From Phoronis australis (taxonomy: Eukaryota > Animalia > Phoronida), in the NCBI GenBank assembly GCA_002633005.1, contig NMRA01000362.1, positions 394,968 through 458,967 on the forward strand: DNA of 64,000 bases, written 5' to 3'. The position numbers were made by a program, and so were the translations under genes. Below are positions 23,531-37,100 of the stretch, one piece after another. The notes below the pieces were generated by a model. That model had not been told where the DNA came from. It was given only the letters and a program-made list of their open reading frames with translations, and made no database searches. How positions within the stretch are numbered: the first letter of the stretch is position 1; each line of letters begins with the position of its first letter.

Positions 23531-26500
23531 TGGCACTTATGGAAGGCAAAGACGAAAATACAAAACATAAAAATTAAAAAATGAATGTTGAATTGAACCT
23601 GTTCCGATATCCCTGTAAGCAACTAATAGTATTCCTTTCAGCACAACAAACCGCAACAAAACGTGAAACGCTTCCGTGCAATTTTGGTGCACAAACGGTC
23701 TATTTTGTAGAGTTTAAGGTCAAAAAGTGAATTCTTCTTAAAGAGACTTAATCTGATTCTGGTGGAAAAAATGCCACCCATCTGAGCCGCACGTCCTGTA
23801 TACAGCTCCAATTGCAATACCCAAGATATGACGCGAATGACTTTTTCAACACGCTTGGTTGTTTGTAGACATCAAGTACTTTTGCTTTGCCTTTTAGACC
23901 TTTAGTAAGAAAAGATGACGAATAGCACGGTCGATCATTGCGTCAACAATATTGATAGCTTCTTGGATGTTTCTTTGATTATCTACACGTGTACTCTATG
24001 ATTACTCTGCTCTAACAAAGTCATTTCTAGTCTAGTCATGTTGTCCAAGTTAACAACGTACGATTAAATACTATTCGTGGAACCGTAAGGACTTAACAGC
24101 GGAAGTTAAATTGTCTCAAAGACCTCTTGGCCTTGTATTGTATCGATTAAGCTACGATATCGATATCACGCCGACCTCTTCCCTTTTTAAGTGATTGAAC
24201 GGATGCTACTAAGTGCTTGAGTTATTTATTAGGATGTCCTCGGAACCGTCGTTGTTTATTTCTCTCCATGGACGTGACAGGAAATTCGTTCCCGTCATCT
24301 TTCTTCCATTGGTTCGAGTGAATTAATCGAAACAAATATCCCTTAATTGGGACATATGTCACTGTTATCGCTTCTTTTATTAAATGTGGCCAAGGCTATC
24401 TTGTGTTCTAGTTGATAAAACAGTAATAGACGTGGTTTATGAGTACATTGGCACTGCGTTATGGTAACGAAATAAATCTGTGCCACTAGATTACATGCTG
24501 GATTTGCAACACGGAATTTCAGAAAAGGCTCTTAGTGAGAGACGTTGTAATCTTGGGAATTTTTATTTCAAGCGTATTGACATTAAAAATGGAAAACGAT
24601 TACAGTGAGTGAGGGGTGACCAAATGTACAACATGAGTCTATGGCCTTTACATGGAAAATAATTATTGCTAGCGGTTGATGGTTGCCACAACGTACCTTA
24701 CAAAGTTATGGAAGGAAAATTGGGTAATTACGGAAACTTTCACAATATCCTGTAATAAATAGGTAAACAGACAAAATTATAGGAAATCACGGTATTTGCA
24801 GGATACAGTTAGCTACTCGTATGAACGATGTATCTGACTACTTTACATGAACGTGTGATTAAAATACCGTAATTACCCGCCACTTTTGCCTTTTCACCAC
24901 TAAACTGTGCTATTTTCTTTTTGTCACATGTAGCATCTTCAATAATTATCTGCCGCATCCGCTCCTAGCAAGCTGAAAATGAAACCAACTAGGGCAGGGC
25001 AACACAATTTCGAAGCCAGCAAACAAATGAAACACGCGGAAGTCCAGCGTGTTCTGAAAAACTGAATCTGAAGATTTTAATTAATTTCCGCTCAGCTAAT
25101 GCCCTTGAACTTATTTCTGGAAATGTCTTACACGTGCGCTTGGTTCACCGGGTTTAATTTGTTCGCGGAAACCAAAATATTTCATTAGGCGCCATGCGGC
25201 TAAATAAGCAAGTAAACAATTAGTGAACAAGATACACTGTGATGCGTTTCATAACTCAGGTGTTTTGCCGATTCTAACTTCCCTCGTATTAATGCATCCG
25301 TGTTGAATACTCACCTGGATATTTAGTGAACCTGTTCCACCCAAGGGAGGTGCACTGAAGCAAAAAGTGAAAATTGTTACAAAACTACTTCGTCTATCGA
25401 CATAACACAGTATTTTTGAGTTTTCTTTAGAGTGGTACACAATCTTCCAGAAATTGAATAATGTCCTACGTTTGACTCATGGTGGAGTGCAGTCCAACTG
25501 TTTAGTGCTTAGCAAGTAGGCCTACGTTGAATGCTGAAGTTAGTTAGCTGGGGTTGATCACAATGAATNGGTCGAACTTATGGAACTCGACCCCCGCCCC
25601 TCGCACTCGGAATTTCGGGCTTGGAAAGAATTGACATGTGGTTGTTTGAGACCACCAGCCTCTACAAGTTGGATTTTAAAGGGGTGTCCACTTATTCACC
25701 GATCATGATGAACTGTCAGTTCTTTACAAAAATAAAAATCACTTCTCTTCTTAATTAAAAACAAGTCCTGGGCACAAGTTGAGACAAAAATTATAGCGGC
25801 TCATGTAAGTGGTATAAATCGAAAATTCATTTCTTGGGTGGAATGCGGACTTAAAGCCGTTTTAAGTACCTCTGATTTTCATTTTAGGCGTGAGAAGTTC
25901 AACTGTTATAAATGTGCATACGACAAGTGACGTTGTAGACATGTTACGTGTAACCGCATGTAAATTGATGTGTTGAGCAAGTGTTCTGAACTACTTTAGG
26001 GACTCGTACGAAAAAATTGCCCTTTTCGACACGCATTGTTTACGGAAACACGTCAACTTACTTCAACCGCGTCAGCCAGTGTAAGTTGCTGCATACGGAA
26101 GTGATGTCGACAAGCAAAAATTTCTCGAATTCATAAATTAGGGTTGGTCACCCATTTTAAATTCTTTAATCGCTGATCGTTTTGATGTTTTGTTGATAAG
26201 GAGAATCAAGTGCGATCATGGTAGGGATTATTGCGAGACCAATTTTATGAGCTAAAGTGGCCTAACGTGTGTAATTTGTTTTCTGACAGCTAAATAAAGA
26301 GGAAATGCAAGTTAAAGTTACAACATTATTCTGTTCGTATGTAATTAATACCCTGTCAAGTAACCAAGAGAAAAGCTCGCGTGATCGCGTGTTTTGCTTG
26401 TAATTCATGGCAAATATGTTACGAAGTTTTGTGTCATCTTGCGTTTTTGGGAAATTCATACGTCGACACTCAGCGCACCACCGATTTAGAAAACTGAGTT

Positions 26501-28086
26501 GTCTCTGGCAAATCATAAACTTCGGCAAACCGTAGTTTGTTTCTCGATGAATATTAGGCTATAAACGTTTATGAATCTTTTGTTCTCACAATAAATTATG
26601 TTTGCGTCATTAGTTGTTTCTTGTTTACTGTCGCTTGTCACACAGTACTTTGGCCTATTCGGCTTCAATTCTGAAGTCACGTTTGTTTTTAGGCTAAATA
26701 AGGGTAAAACATAAAAACCAAGTCAATGAAAACCCGCATTAAGAGATGGCTATTGTACTAAAAACGTGTTCCAAAGGCTATTTATTGTCTTTATATTTGT
26801 CATTTGTGCTAGACTTTGTCGCATCGTGATACGCAGCTTGGCGATCGCATTGATAAAACCAAATGACGTAGACGATTGGTTAAATTAAAAACAATTTGAA
26901 TGACCCCAATCAAAACTTGACATCTTTTGCGAGTCCGTTGACTCGCGGTCAAAGCCATCAATAATATTGGGCATCAAAAGCAATGCTAGGCGACCATTTC
27001 TGCATCTGATAACTGGAGTTCATTTGCCATGTTTCGTAATTTTATCGGTCGAGGGCGCGTTGACCCAGAAAGTTCAGCAGTCAGCAGTATCGACTTGCAC
27101 TTAGAATTGTCAGTGAGTAACAAGTGAGTTGCAATTGTTATTGGAGTTCTTGTTCGGTGATGAGATGTTTTGTGGGTGGTGGGGTTTGTGCGTTGTGCTC
27201 TAAAGGTGCACGCCCGTGGCAAGAGTGATTTACACTGAGCTGCGGAGAGAAGCGCTTTTTCGACTGTCTCCGTCCGGCCCCTAAAAAAGTCCAACCGGAA
27301 TTTTCCGTGGATTGGCCCATGGACGTGTATTTGTAAAATGAAAACACCGGGCGTCAGGTACCAAATAAAAGCCCGGGCGTTAATTTGAAGGGGGGGGGGA
27401 GTAAACAGAATTTCCTAGTTTTGGCTACGCAAATGTCAGCATGAAGCCCGACATGCACTTTTGTAAGTGAAACAACCTTTCTGGGTTCGCCAACACTTTT
27501 TTCGTTTGTGTAAATCAGTGTTAAATGCTCCGCAAACTGAATTTGTGATTATAAGTTGAAGCCAAAGTGGGCATCTTCCCGAATAAACACCACACTATCT
27601 GGACACTTGACACCAGAATTTATAACACCAAATAAACGCCGTGAGCATTTATTAGGCATAATTTTCTGAACAACACCCATGAGCGTGTCATCGGGTGGGG
27701 CTAATTACGGATCCTGCTAGTCGTGCAGATTAGTCTAGCGCCATCTTTTGGTGGGAATAAAATGTAAAACCTAAACAGTTATTTATTAACGAGCTAGAGA
27801 TCTTTTATGTCGTTTTCAGTGACTGTTTATGTTCCATTCCTTACAAAAATCAGTGGCCTAAAATTGGTTATGGTGCTTTGCTTTTTTAATATAATCGAAA
27901 GAATGTAATTGAAAGTACATATTTTTGCGGAAGTGTTGTCAAGGTTCTGAAAACAAGTATGGCGGTGTCCGTGGATTTTGAAATTGGCGAGATACGATGA
28001 AGTATCATGCAATACGACAAACATTTAATTTGAACAAGTTGATATTTTTATAGCAAACGAAATAGTGCCACCTAGAATCAGTCATC

Positions 28087-28189
28087 ATGGCTATGGAAAA
28101 GCATTTTGTCCTGCGGGAGACGCACACTCGAGCTATTGTGGCGTTGGGGTACAACCCGCTGAGACGAGAAATTCTCATGGGATGTGAAG
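28087..28189 (+). CDS. WD40 gene exon 1 (MAMEKHFVLRETHTRAIVALGYNP...)
   Basis: ATG at 28087; donor G|GTAAGA. Confidence 0.8.
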
Positions 28190-31100
28190 GTAAGAACATA
28201 GTCGTTTTCTAAAATTTAGTTGTCTTGTCACTATGCCTTCTGAGCATTATGGAAAACGTATAACATAAGTGGATTAGGCTTCTCACAATGTCATTGGATC
28301 ATACAAAGAGCACCCTTATCCAGACAGTCATGAACTGTCGGACATTTCAGAAGTTTTGTCACTCACGTTTTAGTCAAAACCAAAAACCCTATCATTCCTC
28401 AGCGATCCAGCATCCAACATATGTGACCTAATTTTGCTTATATATAGTTTTGATCTGGAAAAAAGAGTGTGCTAAAATAAAAACAACAAATTTGACACCT
28501 GTCTTTCTTCAAGTTGGTTAGATGAGAAGGTGCTTCTTATAATTTTTATTCAAAAAAGTACTAAAAACAGTGGACAACAATTGTAGATTTGAAAATTACT
28601 TTGACTCAATAATTTGGAAGAAAAAAAACTTCAACTTTGTTTCTGTTATTATGGCTGCTGGTCACATCAGAAATTTGATAAGAGAAAAGTGTAATTTGGG
28701 CTGAATAAAATAAGTGATATAATTGACAACATTGTAATTTTCAATACTTTTTTGATATTTTTTAGATATAGTCTGTCATAAACTTGAAAACAGTATGCTG
28801 TGATATATGCCATCAGCTAATTTTCACGACATCTTTCAGAAGATGGTGACAACTTCGCTGAAGCAAATTTGCTCAGGTTGCTGATATTGAAATACTAAAA
28901 ATTTATAACAAAGTGAAATCAATTCCTGTCATTTTGTTATGACATGTACACAACCTTGTGGAAGAAGAGCAAAAAGAATCGGTAAAAAATTAGCTAGTAG
29001 GTAACAGTTATGGCACTGAAAGTCGACACTTAAGTTCACTCTAAAAATTTAGGATCAAAATGATGATAGAATGACATTTTTTGGCACTAGTACCTAATTT
29101 AGTTTACTCAAGGAAGAGATTAGTTTTTTTAATAGCATTACTTTTGTGTCAGATTTTATCCGTCCATTTTTACCTACATCAGTACAAAGCTGTGTGTTTA
29201 ACACAAACTAAATAAGAAAATAACAAAAGAATATTTGCCATAAGTAATTAACCATCTATTCATGTATTTTACGAACGCGATTAGAAAGGCGCTACGCTTG
29301 GTCCTGGGGCACAACAACATGCCTGCAATAGCCAGGCACTGAAACCACGATCTTTTGGTTAACATCTTGAGAGCGTTAAACTAACTACTGAGTCTGAGAG
29401 TTGGCACTGAACTGATTTGCGTGATGTGTTGCCGCTAGGTGTGGCGTGAAGTTATAGTTTCTTCTGTCTGAGATTTAAGTCAGGCTTGAAAGAGACTTTA
29501 AATTCAGAAAAAAATCACATTATTTTTTGTAAAGCATTCAATTATGTCTATGTTATGACGTAAGAAAATTGTAGTGAAGCTGTGAATTTTTAATGAAACA
29601 GGCCCCTGTTCATTCTCAAATACAGTCGCAACCTTGTTGGTTTACCGTATTCGCCCTAATAAGCGCCCATGCCCCTATAAGCGCCCCCCCACGCATTTTC
29701 AGACTTTGCTAAAATAAGCGCCCAGTCCATGAACGCCGTGCACATGCAAAAAATGCCTTACATACATGCAGTTCTAAAATTCTACAGCAATGTCTGTTCA
29801 ATTAATCAATAAGATCCGACAGTCCTGAAAAAATCATTGTGCACGGAATTTGTACACCACAAGCCTCACCGCTATGTCAGTATTTAGCTGTGACTATACA
29901 CTTCAAACTTCCGCCGTGCTTCAAAAAGAACGCAAGTTTTGCTGATCTTGCGAGGGACATGTCCTATAATGGTCTGGCCTTTCAGAACAGACACAGCGTA
30001 CTTGTCAAAGGGATTGCTACTTAAAACTTGAGGAGGTCTTCAGATAATTTGTTGAGTCTAAACTATATTTTTACTCAAGAATTCAAGTTGACCTATCGGC
30101 TATCGCGAGGCAACGACGCATCAGTCGACGAGTTTTCGCACTGGGTTTTTTTGAAAAAATGCTTGTACTCTGACAACAAAGTTTGATGGCTATGCACTGC
30201 AATTTTGTAGAAACTGTCATAGGTTACAGATGCGTCACAAAGCGTAACTTTGATGAATTCTAGCTTATGATTTCACCTGTTTCGGAGACTGGGTTTCAAC
30301 CACTTTTGGACTATAATATTCGCCTTCCCTTTCTAAGCGCCCTGGGCGTTTATTAGGGCGAATACGGTATTATTTTCTGAATAATGTGACTACCTGACCT
30401 CTGATGTATTCTTTTCAGATGGCGTGATAAAGTCATGGGAAGCCGAGACAGGAAAGTTACTGTTAACAACACATGAACACCGGGGATGGGTAACAGATTT
30501 TTTGTACTGGTAGGTTGCATAGTTGACACCGACGGTTATATGGCGTCCCAAAACTATTACTGCAAAAATACTCTGCGATAGAAAGATCAGAAAATAATTT
30601 TCGTGAGAACTTCGTATTCCCAAAGTTTCTGTTGAAGTGTTAGAGAATTTGGGAAAAGTGCCACTGGTGACTCTAAGTGCAAAGAAATGATGAATGGATT
30701 TTTTTTCAGTTTCTGAAAAGCTGTCTTTCTTACCGCCTTCAAATGCTCCACAGTTAAATGTTATTATTATGACTACTGGATTTTAGTGTTACAATAATAA
30801 TAATAATGATTATCATTTTTATTTGATTAGTATTATCGTTATTATCATTGGGACCTGGGTTTTCCATTTTCAATTACAGAGCAATCCGTTTTAGGAAACA
30901 TAAAATTTTATTTCTTTCATTTTCTAAATTATCAAATTCCATTTCACTTTTTCAAGCAGGTATCCAAGTTAACAATAATCTAGGAATTGCCTTGCTTTTT
31001 CCACTGAATTATGCTACAGCCCTGTTTTACCAATAACTTGCTTTGCACAATGTTTGTCGTTTCTTAAAACCAGAAAAAGAACAACGCCACCTTCAGAAAG

Positions 31101-34100
31101 AATGTACTACTTATTACTTGAACAGGTCTGTTGCAAAACAAACGTTGATCGATTTGTAGCCAGAATATGTCAAATTTAATGATGGATTATTGTCTTAGTT
31201 TTTTGGCAACTGAGAACCAAAACTTATGGTATCTGCTACGGAAATATGGAAATTCTGTTTGAAATCTCAAATTCTGTGAAAGAAATGGGAATTCTGTTTG
31301 TTTTCTGTTATCGCAAAAATCTCTATTAATATTGTTAATGTTATTGTCATTATGTTATGTTAATAGATCAAGTTTGAGTCTAATACTGGAATAAAAACTT
31401 ACAAAAAATTAGCGACATTGCCTCCGCATCTCACGGACTTCAGCTTGGCTTGTGATATTATCGTTATTCTGGCCAATTGATGACGTTTTGACCAGACGGC
31501 GCGGCATACGTCATCCCATACGTGTTATAAATCGAATCTTAAACCGCCTCTTTTATTTAAAGAGGGACTCTCAATGCGCTCATGGAGAGCTTCCTTTACT
31601 CCCCTTCTGAACCAGTCATCCTCACAGTCTAGGATAGTGACATCATCAGTATTGAAATCATGTCTAGTGGTGCACAGCTGGCTAAAAATAGCCGAATCAT
31701 AAGTGTCCCCATAGCTAGGACGATGATGTTGTGACATACTCATTTTTATGGACGGTTTCGTTTCACCTGTGTAACTGTCTGAGCACTGGAGATTCTTACA
31801 CTGAATACCGTGGACAACACATGATTTATTCCAGTATTAGACTCAAACTTGATCTGTTTTCTCAACTGAATGTCTCAAAATTTCATGCTTTTATTATTTT
31901 AATATTGCATATTTTGTGCAGTACCCACATTAAACTTGCCTTCATGGTTCTTTGGTGTCAGAATATGGCAAGATTTGTTGTTCTTCTGTGTTTTTCAAAT
32001 GCTTTGAACATTATTTTGAATGCCCACTATTATTCAAAATGTTGTCATTTGGTAGCTATTATTTTTCTCCAAAATTGGTGACATTTTGCGGTGTACTCAT
32101 GTTATTACTTCATACAAAATATATAATTTCTAATCATTATAGGCCAGATGTCAAGTGTATGCTGTCATCTGCCAATGATGGTGTCATCATCGCTTGGTCG
32201 TCAGGAGGGGGCGTTCATGACAAGATTAATGTGAGTTACATATTCTATGACGCCCACTTTGTGTTTTAGGATTGAAATAGAGTTTTTTATGGTTTTTATT
32301 GTGGTGTAAGAAAGTATATATTTTTCATTAAATTTTTCAATTTAATATGAAAATACACTGCTGACTTTTGTAAAAAACAATTAGTTGCAAATCGTCTGAT
32401 TTGGATCGCCATTGCGTTTGGTTGTTATCCCATTTTACGCTCTTCCAGTGAGCCACACCCATATTCTGTTAAGTTATGCTTTTTGACACTCGGTCCTCAT
32501 CAATATTCCAGTTAGCCACACCAGTGTACTGTATGGTTGTCAACCCTAGAAGAGCGCAGTTGGTGTGTGGAATGAACGCCAGCATCCGTCTATACGACTT
32601 ACAGCCTGGTAAGCCATTCAGTGCAGTACCAATTTTAGTGAGCTGAATCACGACACCTCTCCATAACTTCCTTCAAAAACAGTAGGAAACTAGTTGAAAG
32701 AGAAAAATATTTTCGAAATTGGCTGAAAATTCAATTTTCAACGAAAAGGCATGTCATTAATTTGTCCATTTTTGTTAGGGCACAAATTTGACAGAATTCT
32801 TTGTTTAATAACTAATTGTAAATAAGTTCCAGAAGGACAGAGCTAGGGTAAAATTTAGGACAATGTTCAATTTTGCTTTTTTCAAATTTCTCAACAAAAA
32901 TATTTTCTGATGATTTGTTCTGTACACCTGTCTTCAAAACAAGAAAACTTTTTTATCTTTAACTTAGTAATGGAACATGAGCCTTAAGTTGATAAAATGC
33001 AAATTTTAGCTATTTTGTCCTAAACTGAACAATTTCTATGTTATGCTCATAATTATCAGACTTATTGTGCATTCCATGATATTTGCTGGGATATGCTCCA
33101 TACTATATACTTAAATCATCAAGGGCTCTTATTGGAAAACTAAAATACCAGGGTGTAGGTGTTAATCCGAGCATGGGTGCATGCTTCTAAGTAAAACTAC
33201 TGTTTTGATAAGTTTAGAGTGGGCGCATACCTGAAAGGTTTATCTGGTTAATGCCCAGGGGTGCAGAGAGCTACATTGATGCCTGGCTTCACATGCCATA
33301 GTCAAATAAAACATTATTGGCAGATTGAAGAGGATGTGTTTAAGGGTCCTATCGTCTAGAATGGAGTCATGATTGTCTGCTGTCCAGTAGCATGTCGCAG
33401 CTTTTTAAAAGCAGCCTATCGTCTGCTGCAAACATCACAGATTTATTGAGCAGGCCACTCGTGACAAAATGATGTACCGTTTTTTTTGCACATGGGTACA
33501 AATGATATGGTATTGGAATGGGCATGAGCCAATTTATGAACCATTTCACGCCTCCTTCAGTTGGGAAGAGTACGGGTATTTTCTTACTTGATCAAGGCGG
33601 TTTCGGTGAAATTCACTGACTATGGTACTCAAAGGCTAGCGAGTTGCATTCCGACTTTTTGTGAGCTAAAATTATGGTGAGAAAGGGGCTCACAAAGACA
33701 TCATTCTAAAGAAGTCTCGGTCGTAGATTTGTGGTTGGCAGTCAAGCCAAACAAACATGCTATGGGGGGTTGGGTGATAAGCTGTGTGTGGACATTAATC
33801 TGGTTAAGTAATATATCGCTGTCTCTGCTTCAGACAAAGACACTGGTCATGTGATAGACTCTGTGCCAGCGTTCATTGCCAAAGAGCACACAGACATTGT
33901 GCGGTGTATTTTGTGTGTTGAATCGAGAATCTACTCTGGTGGCTATGACAACAAGCTGATTATTTACGACTGCTCATTCACAGGAGACAAGAGTATTAGA
34001 CCAATATCTATGTAAGTGCACAGATGATTATTTTTGACCGCTCGTGCACAGGAGACTAGAGTATAAGTACAATATCTGTACAAGTGCATGGATTCTTGTG

Positions 34101-37100
34101 GTTGTCCCTCAGAAATACAGGACGACACGTATTTGCACACAGCGAAACAAAAGGTCATTGTTGTAGTAATTGTTTGTATTCGTGACATACTGAGTTGTGT
34201 TGTCTGATAATCATCGTCCCTTATTTCGCACCTGTATACATGTGTAGCACAGATTCTCAATGGATTAAATTGATGGCTGGATTATGAAACGACTGTCGTC
34301 TAGAAACTATATGAGAGATATATTTGTAATATTTCTCTGTTTCTATGCCCCGTGAAATAATTGCATGCTTACTTAACTTTCCTTGTCAATAAAGCAATGG
34401 AAATCAATTTAATTTCACAAATGAATGTGATAAGAATCTCTGGAGTGAAAACGTGCTGTGAATTACTACCCAACTCATAACGCTCCATTAACTCCAGTGT
34501 GTGGCCTTAAATGGTAATCAAAGTTCAAATGTCGTCTGCTTTGCAAGTGTTTAAAGCTGATTGGTTAAAACTTCTTCACCTTGAAACAAACTGATTAAGA
34601 CTCCTATGTAAATATGATATGCATGCAGTGTTAAGTTCAAATGCATATTTAAACTGTGATAACTTTGGGTTATGTATTTTACAGCAACCACCAAGCTCAT
34701 GACGCGGGTATCACTTGTCTGCAATTAGTCAAAGACAACGAAAATAATTCATGGTAAGTTGTCCTTTTCACATGAGTGTTCGGTCAAAGTGAAAATGTGG
34801 AAGATGGAAATCACCAATTTAAACAAACTTGAAACTTAATTTATTTCGCTTTAAAGAGATCATTGATTCAAGTTTAGGCAAAAAAGCATAATTGCTTCTG
34901 GTTTTTTGTTTTTTTGAAAATCAAGTCAGTGGCATGTTATTTTTTAGTTTGCCACTTTTTAAAAAAAGAAAATCATGCTGAGACAAGCAAAGTGATGCAA
35001 CATTGCTAAACAGATTTTCTTTTTCAACAAGAATTTCCATCACTGGATGTATGCTGTAGTCTTGTTAAAAAGTCCAGCAGTATTGAGGTCAGAATTTTAT
35101 GAAACTGTTAAAAGAACAATACAGGTGGCCTGATGTCATTTACGGTGCATCAGATGTCTGCAGGCCTCATGGTTGGGCCCATTGCACCTATAAAGATATT
35201 TTTTTCAAAAAATTTTTACTTGAATAAGTCATCCTGTAAATTTGACCATCATTTGACCACAAAATTTGCCAGAGGGATTAAATGTATTCAAACCTTCTAT
35301 ACTCTTAAGACTAAATTGTGGAATACTTCAATGTAAAAAGGGGTGATATGATCAAAAAGCTTCTTTTTAACCATTTGATCACTCCATGCAAATTGCTACA
35401 GAGTTTTTCAGTCAAGAAACTTACGAGGTACTGCACAGTTAGGCTCTCTTTGACTCCGTTCAAGTACATATTGAGGATATTGTAATTTATTTCATAACGC
35501 TTAATCGTCGTGAGAGACCGTCCCGAGTTGGTATGTGGTGCAACTCGGGACGGTCTGGGGTTTACAGAAAACCATTGTTCAACTGTGAGTCTACACCAAT
35601 GTGATAAACGAGAGTAGTTCTACTTGCTGCGTCAGCTGCTGGTATGCTTATCTCTTTTATGACACACAATGTGCGACTGGGCAAAGCGTTTTCAAAATAA
35701 TGTGGATAAATCAGTGGAGTGTGAAACCCCTGAGGTCCCTGTCAAGTCCTCACGGCAATTTTACGTTATGTGCAGTTACTGTAGTCCTCCTAATATTTAC
35801 CTGATTCTCATTTACTCCACATTACAGGGTAGTTACAGGGTCCTTTGACAAGACTGTCAAGATCTGGTCCTCAGATGGCAAACTCGTCCACAAACTGGAC
35901 GGCTTCATGTTCACTGTGACAGACATTACATTTGTGCCAAGGAACCGCACTATCTGGGTCGCGGCCGGCATGTCGTGGGCGTACCTATTTGACCCCAAGT
36001 CTGGGGATAACGTGTCGGATTTCATCGGGACGTTCCAAGAGCAGGAGGACGAGTATAAGTACTCCCTGCAAAGGATCAAGTTTTTCCCAGAGCTCAATCA
36101 AGTGCTCGGTAAATTTTTGAAAGTTCCTTGTGTTGACCATAGATTATAGATGTCAGATTCGCAACTCGGACATTTTCTTGTGTACTATCCTAGAGGAGGA
36201 GCTACTCTCCCAAATTATCTGTTTCAGTTTCCGGTTAGTGTGCTGTGACGGGAAATTCTCGCGTCTATTTTATTGTCCAGTACAACTAAAAAATAATAAT
36301 TTTGGCATTTAAACACTGTTCAAAGTATTCCAATAGTAGAACTGTTGGTATCGTGAGTACCTTTAGCAATGCTACTACCACCCGACCACACAACAGCCAA
36401 TCATGATTAGCAGACGACATACTTGCCGAAAATAACACCAGATAATTTGGCCAGGTGTCGCTAGTGAATAATGACGTAACGGCTTGTGACCACAGATTTC
36501 GTCCATTGAAAGTAAACGGAGTTGGCAGTCCATGTTCTATTAGTCTATGGTGTTCACTGACAGTGAGGTTTGTATGCAACACAGTCAAAGGTTAAGACTG
36601 TCTCATAATATACGTCAGTTTTGTATGAGTCTTTTAAGACTAAATGTTAAAACATTTAACTGCCATTATTATTTTTTTTTTGTGCTGTAGGTTTCAAAAA
36701 GGACATTATTTGTTCCCGTTGAAAAATAGAATTTAAAAAATTTGGCTAACTTCAAATAATTTTTTAATGTTGGTTTTGGTCTATTTTCCATCATAAGTTT
36801 TCACCATAACAAACCCAGTTGAATTTTGACAAAACTACTTTTGAGGAGAACTAACTGTTATAAACTTTACAGTTTCAATAAAAAGATAGAATGCACATTA
36901 TGTTTTCCTGTTATTTTGTCTCTATAGTTCAATAAACCCTTTCAGGTGGTCAAGATTTTTAGAGCCTCACATTGATCCGTGTTTAATTGATATCAGTTCT
37001 TTCAAGCTCTTGTGCCTGAAGCTCTGAGACCATTCAGGAAACTTACATGACTTGCCCCTCTATTCACCTGACTGCATTGTTTATGGGCAATTACAGTAAA

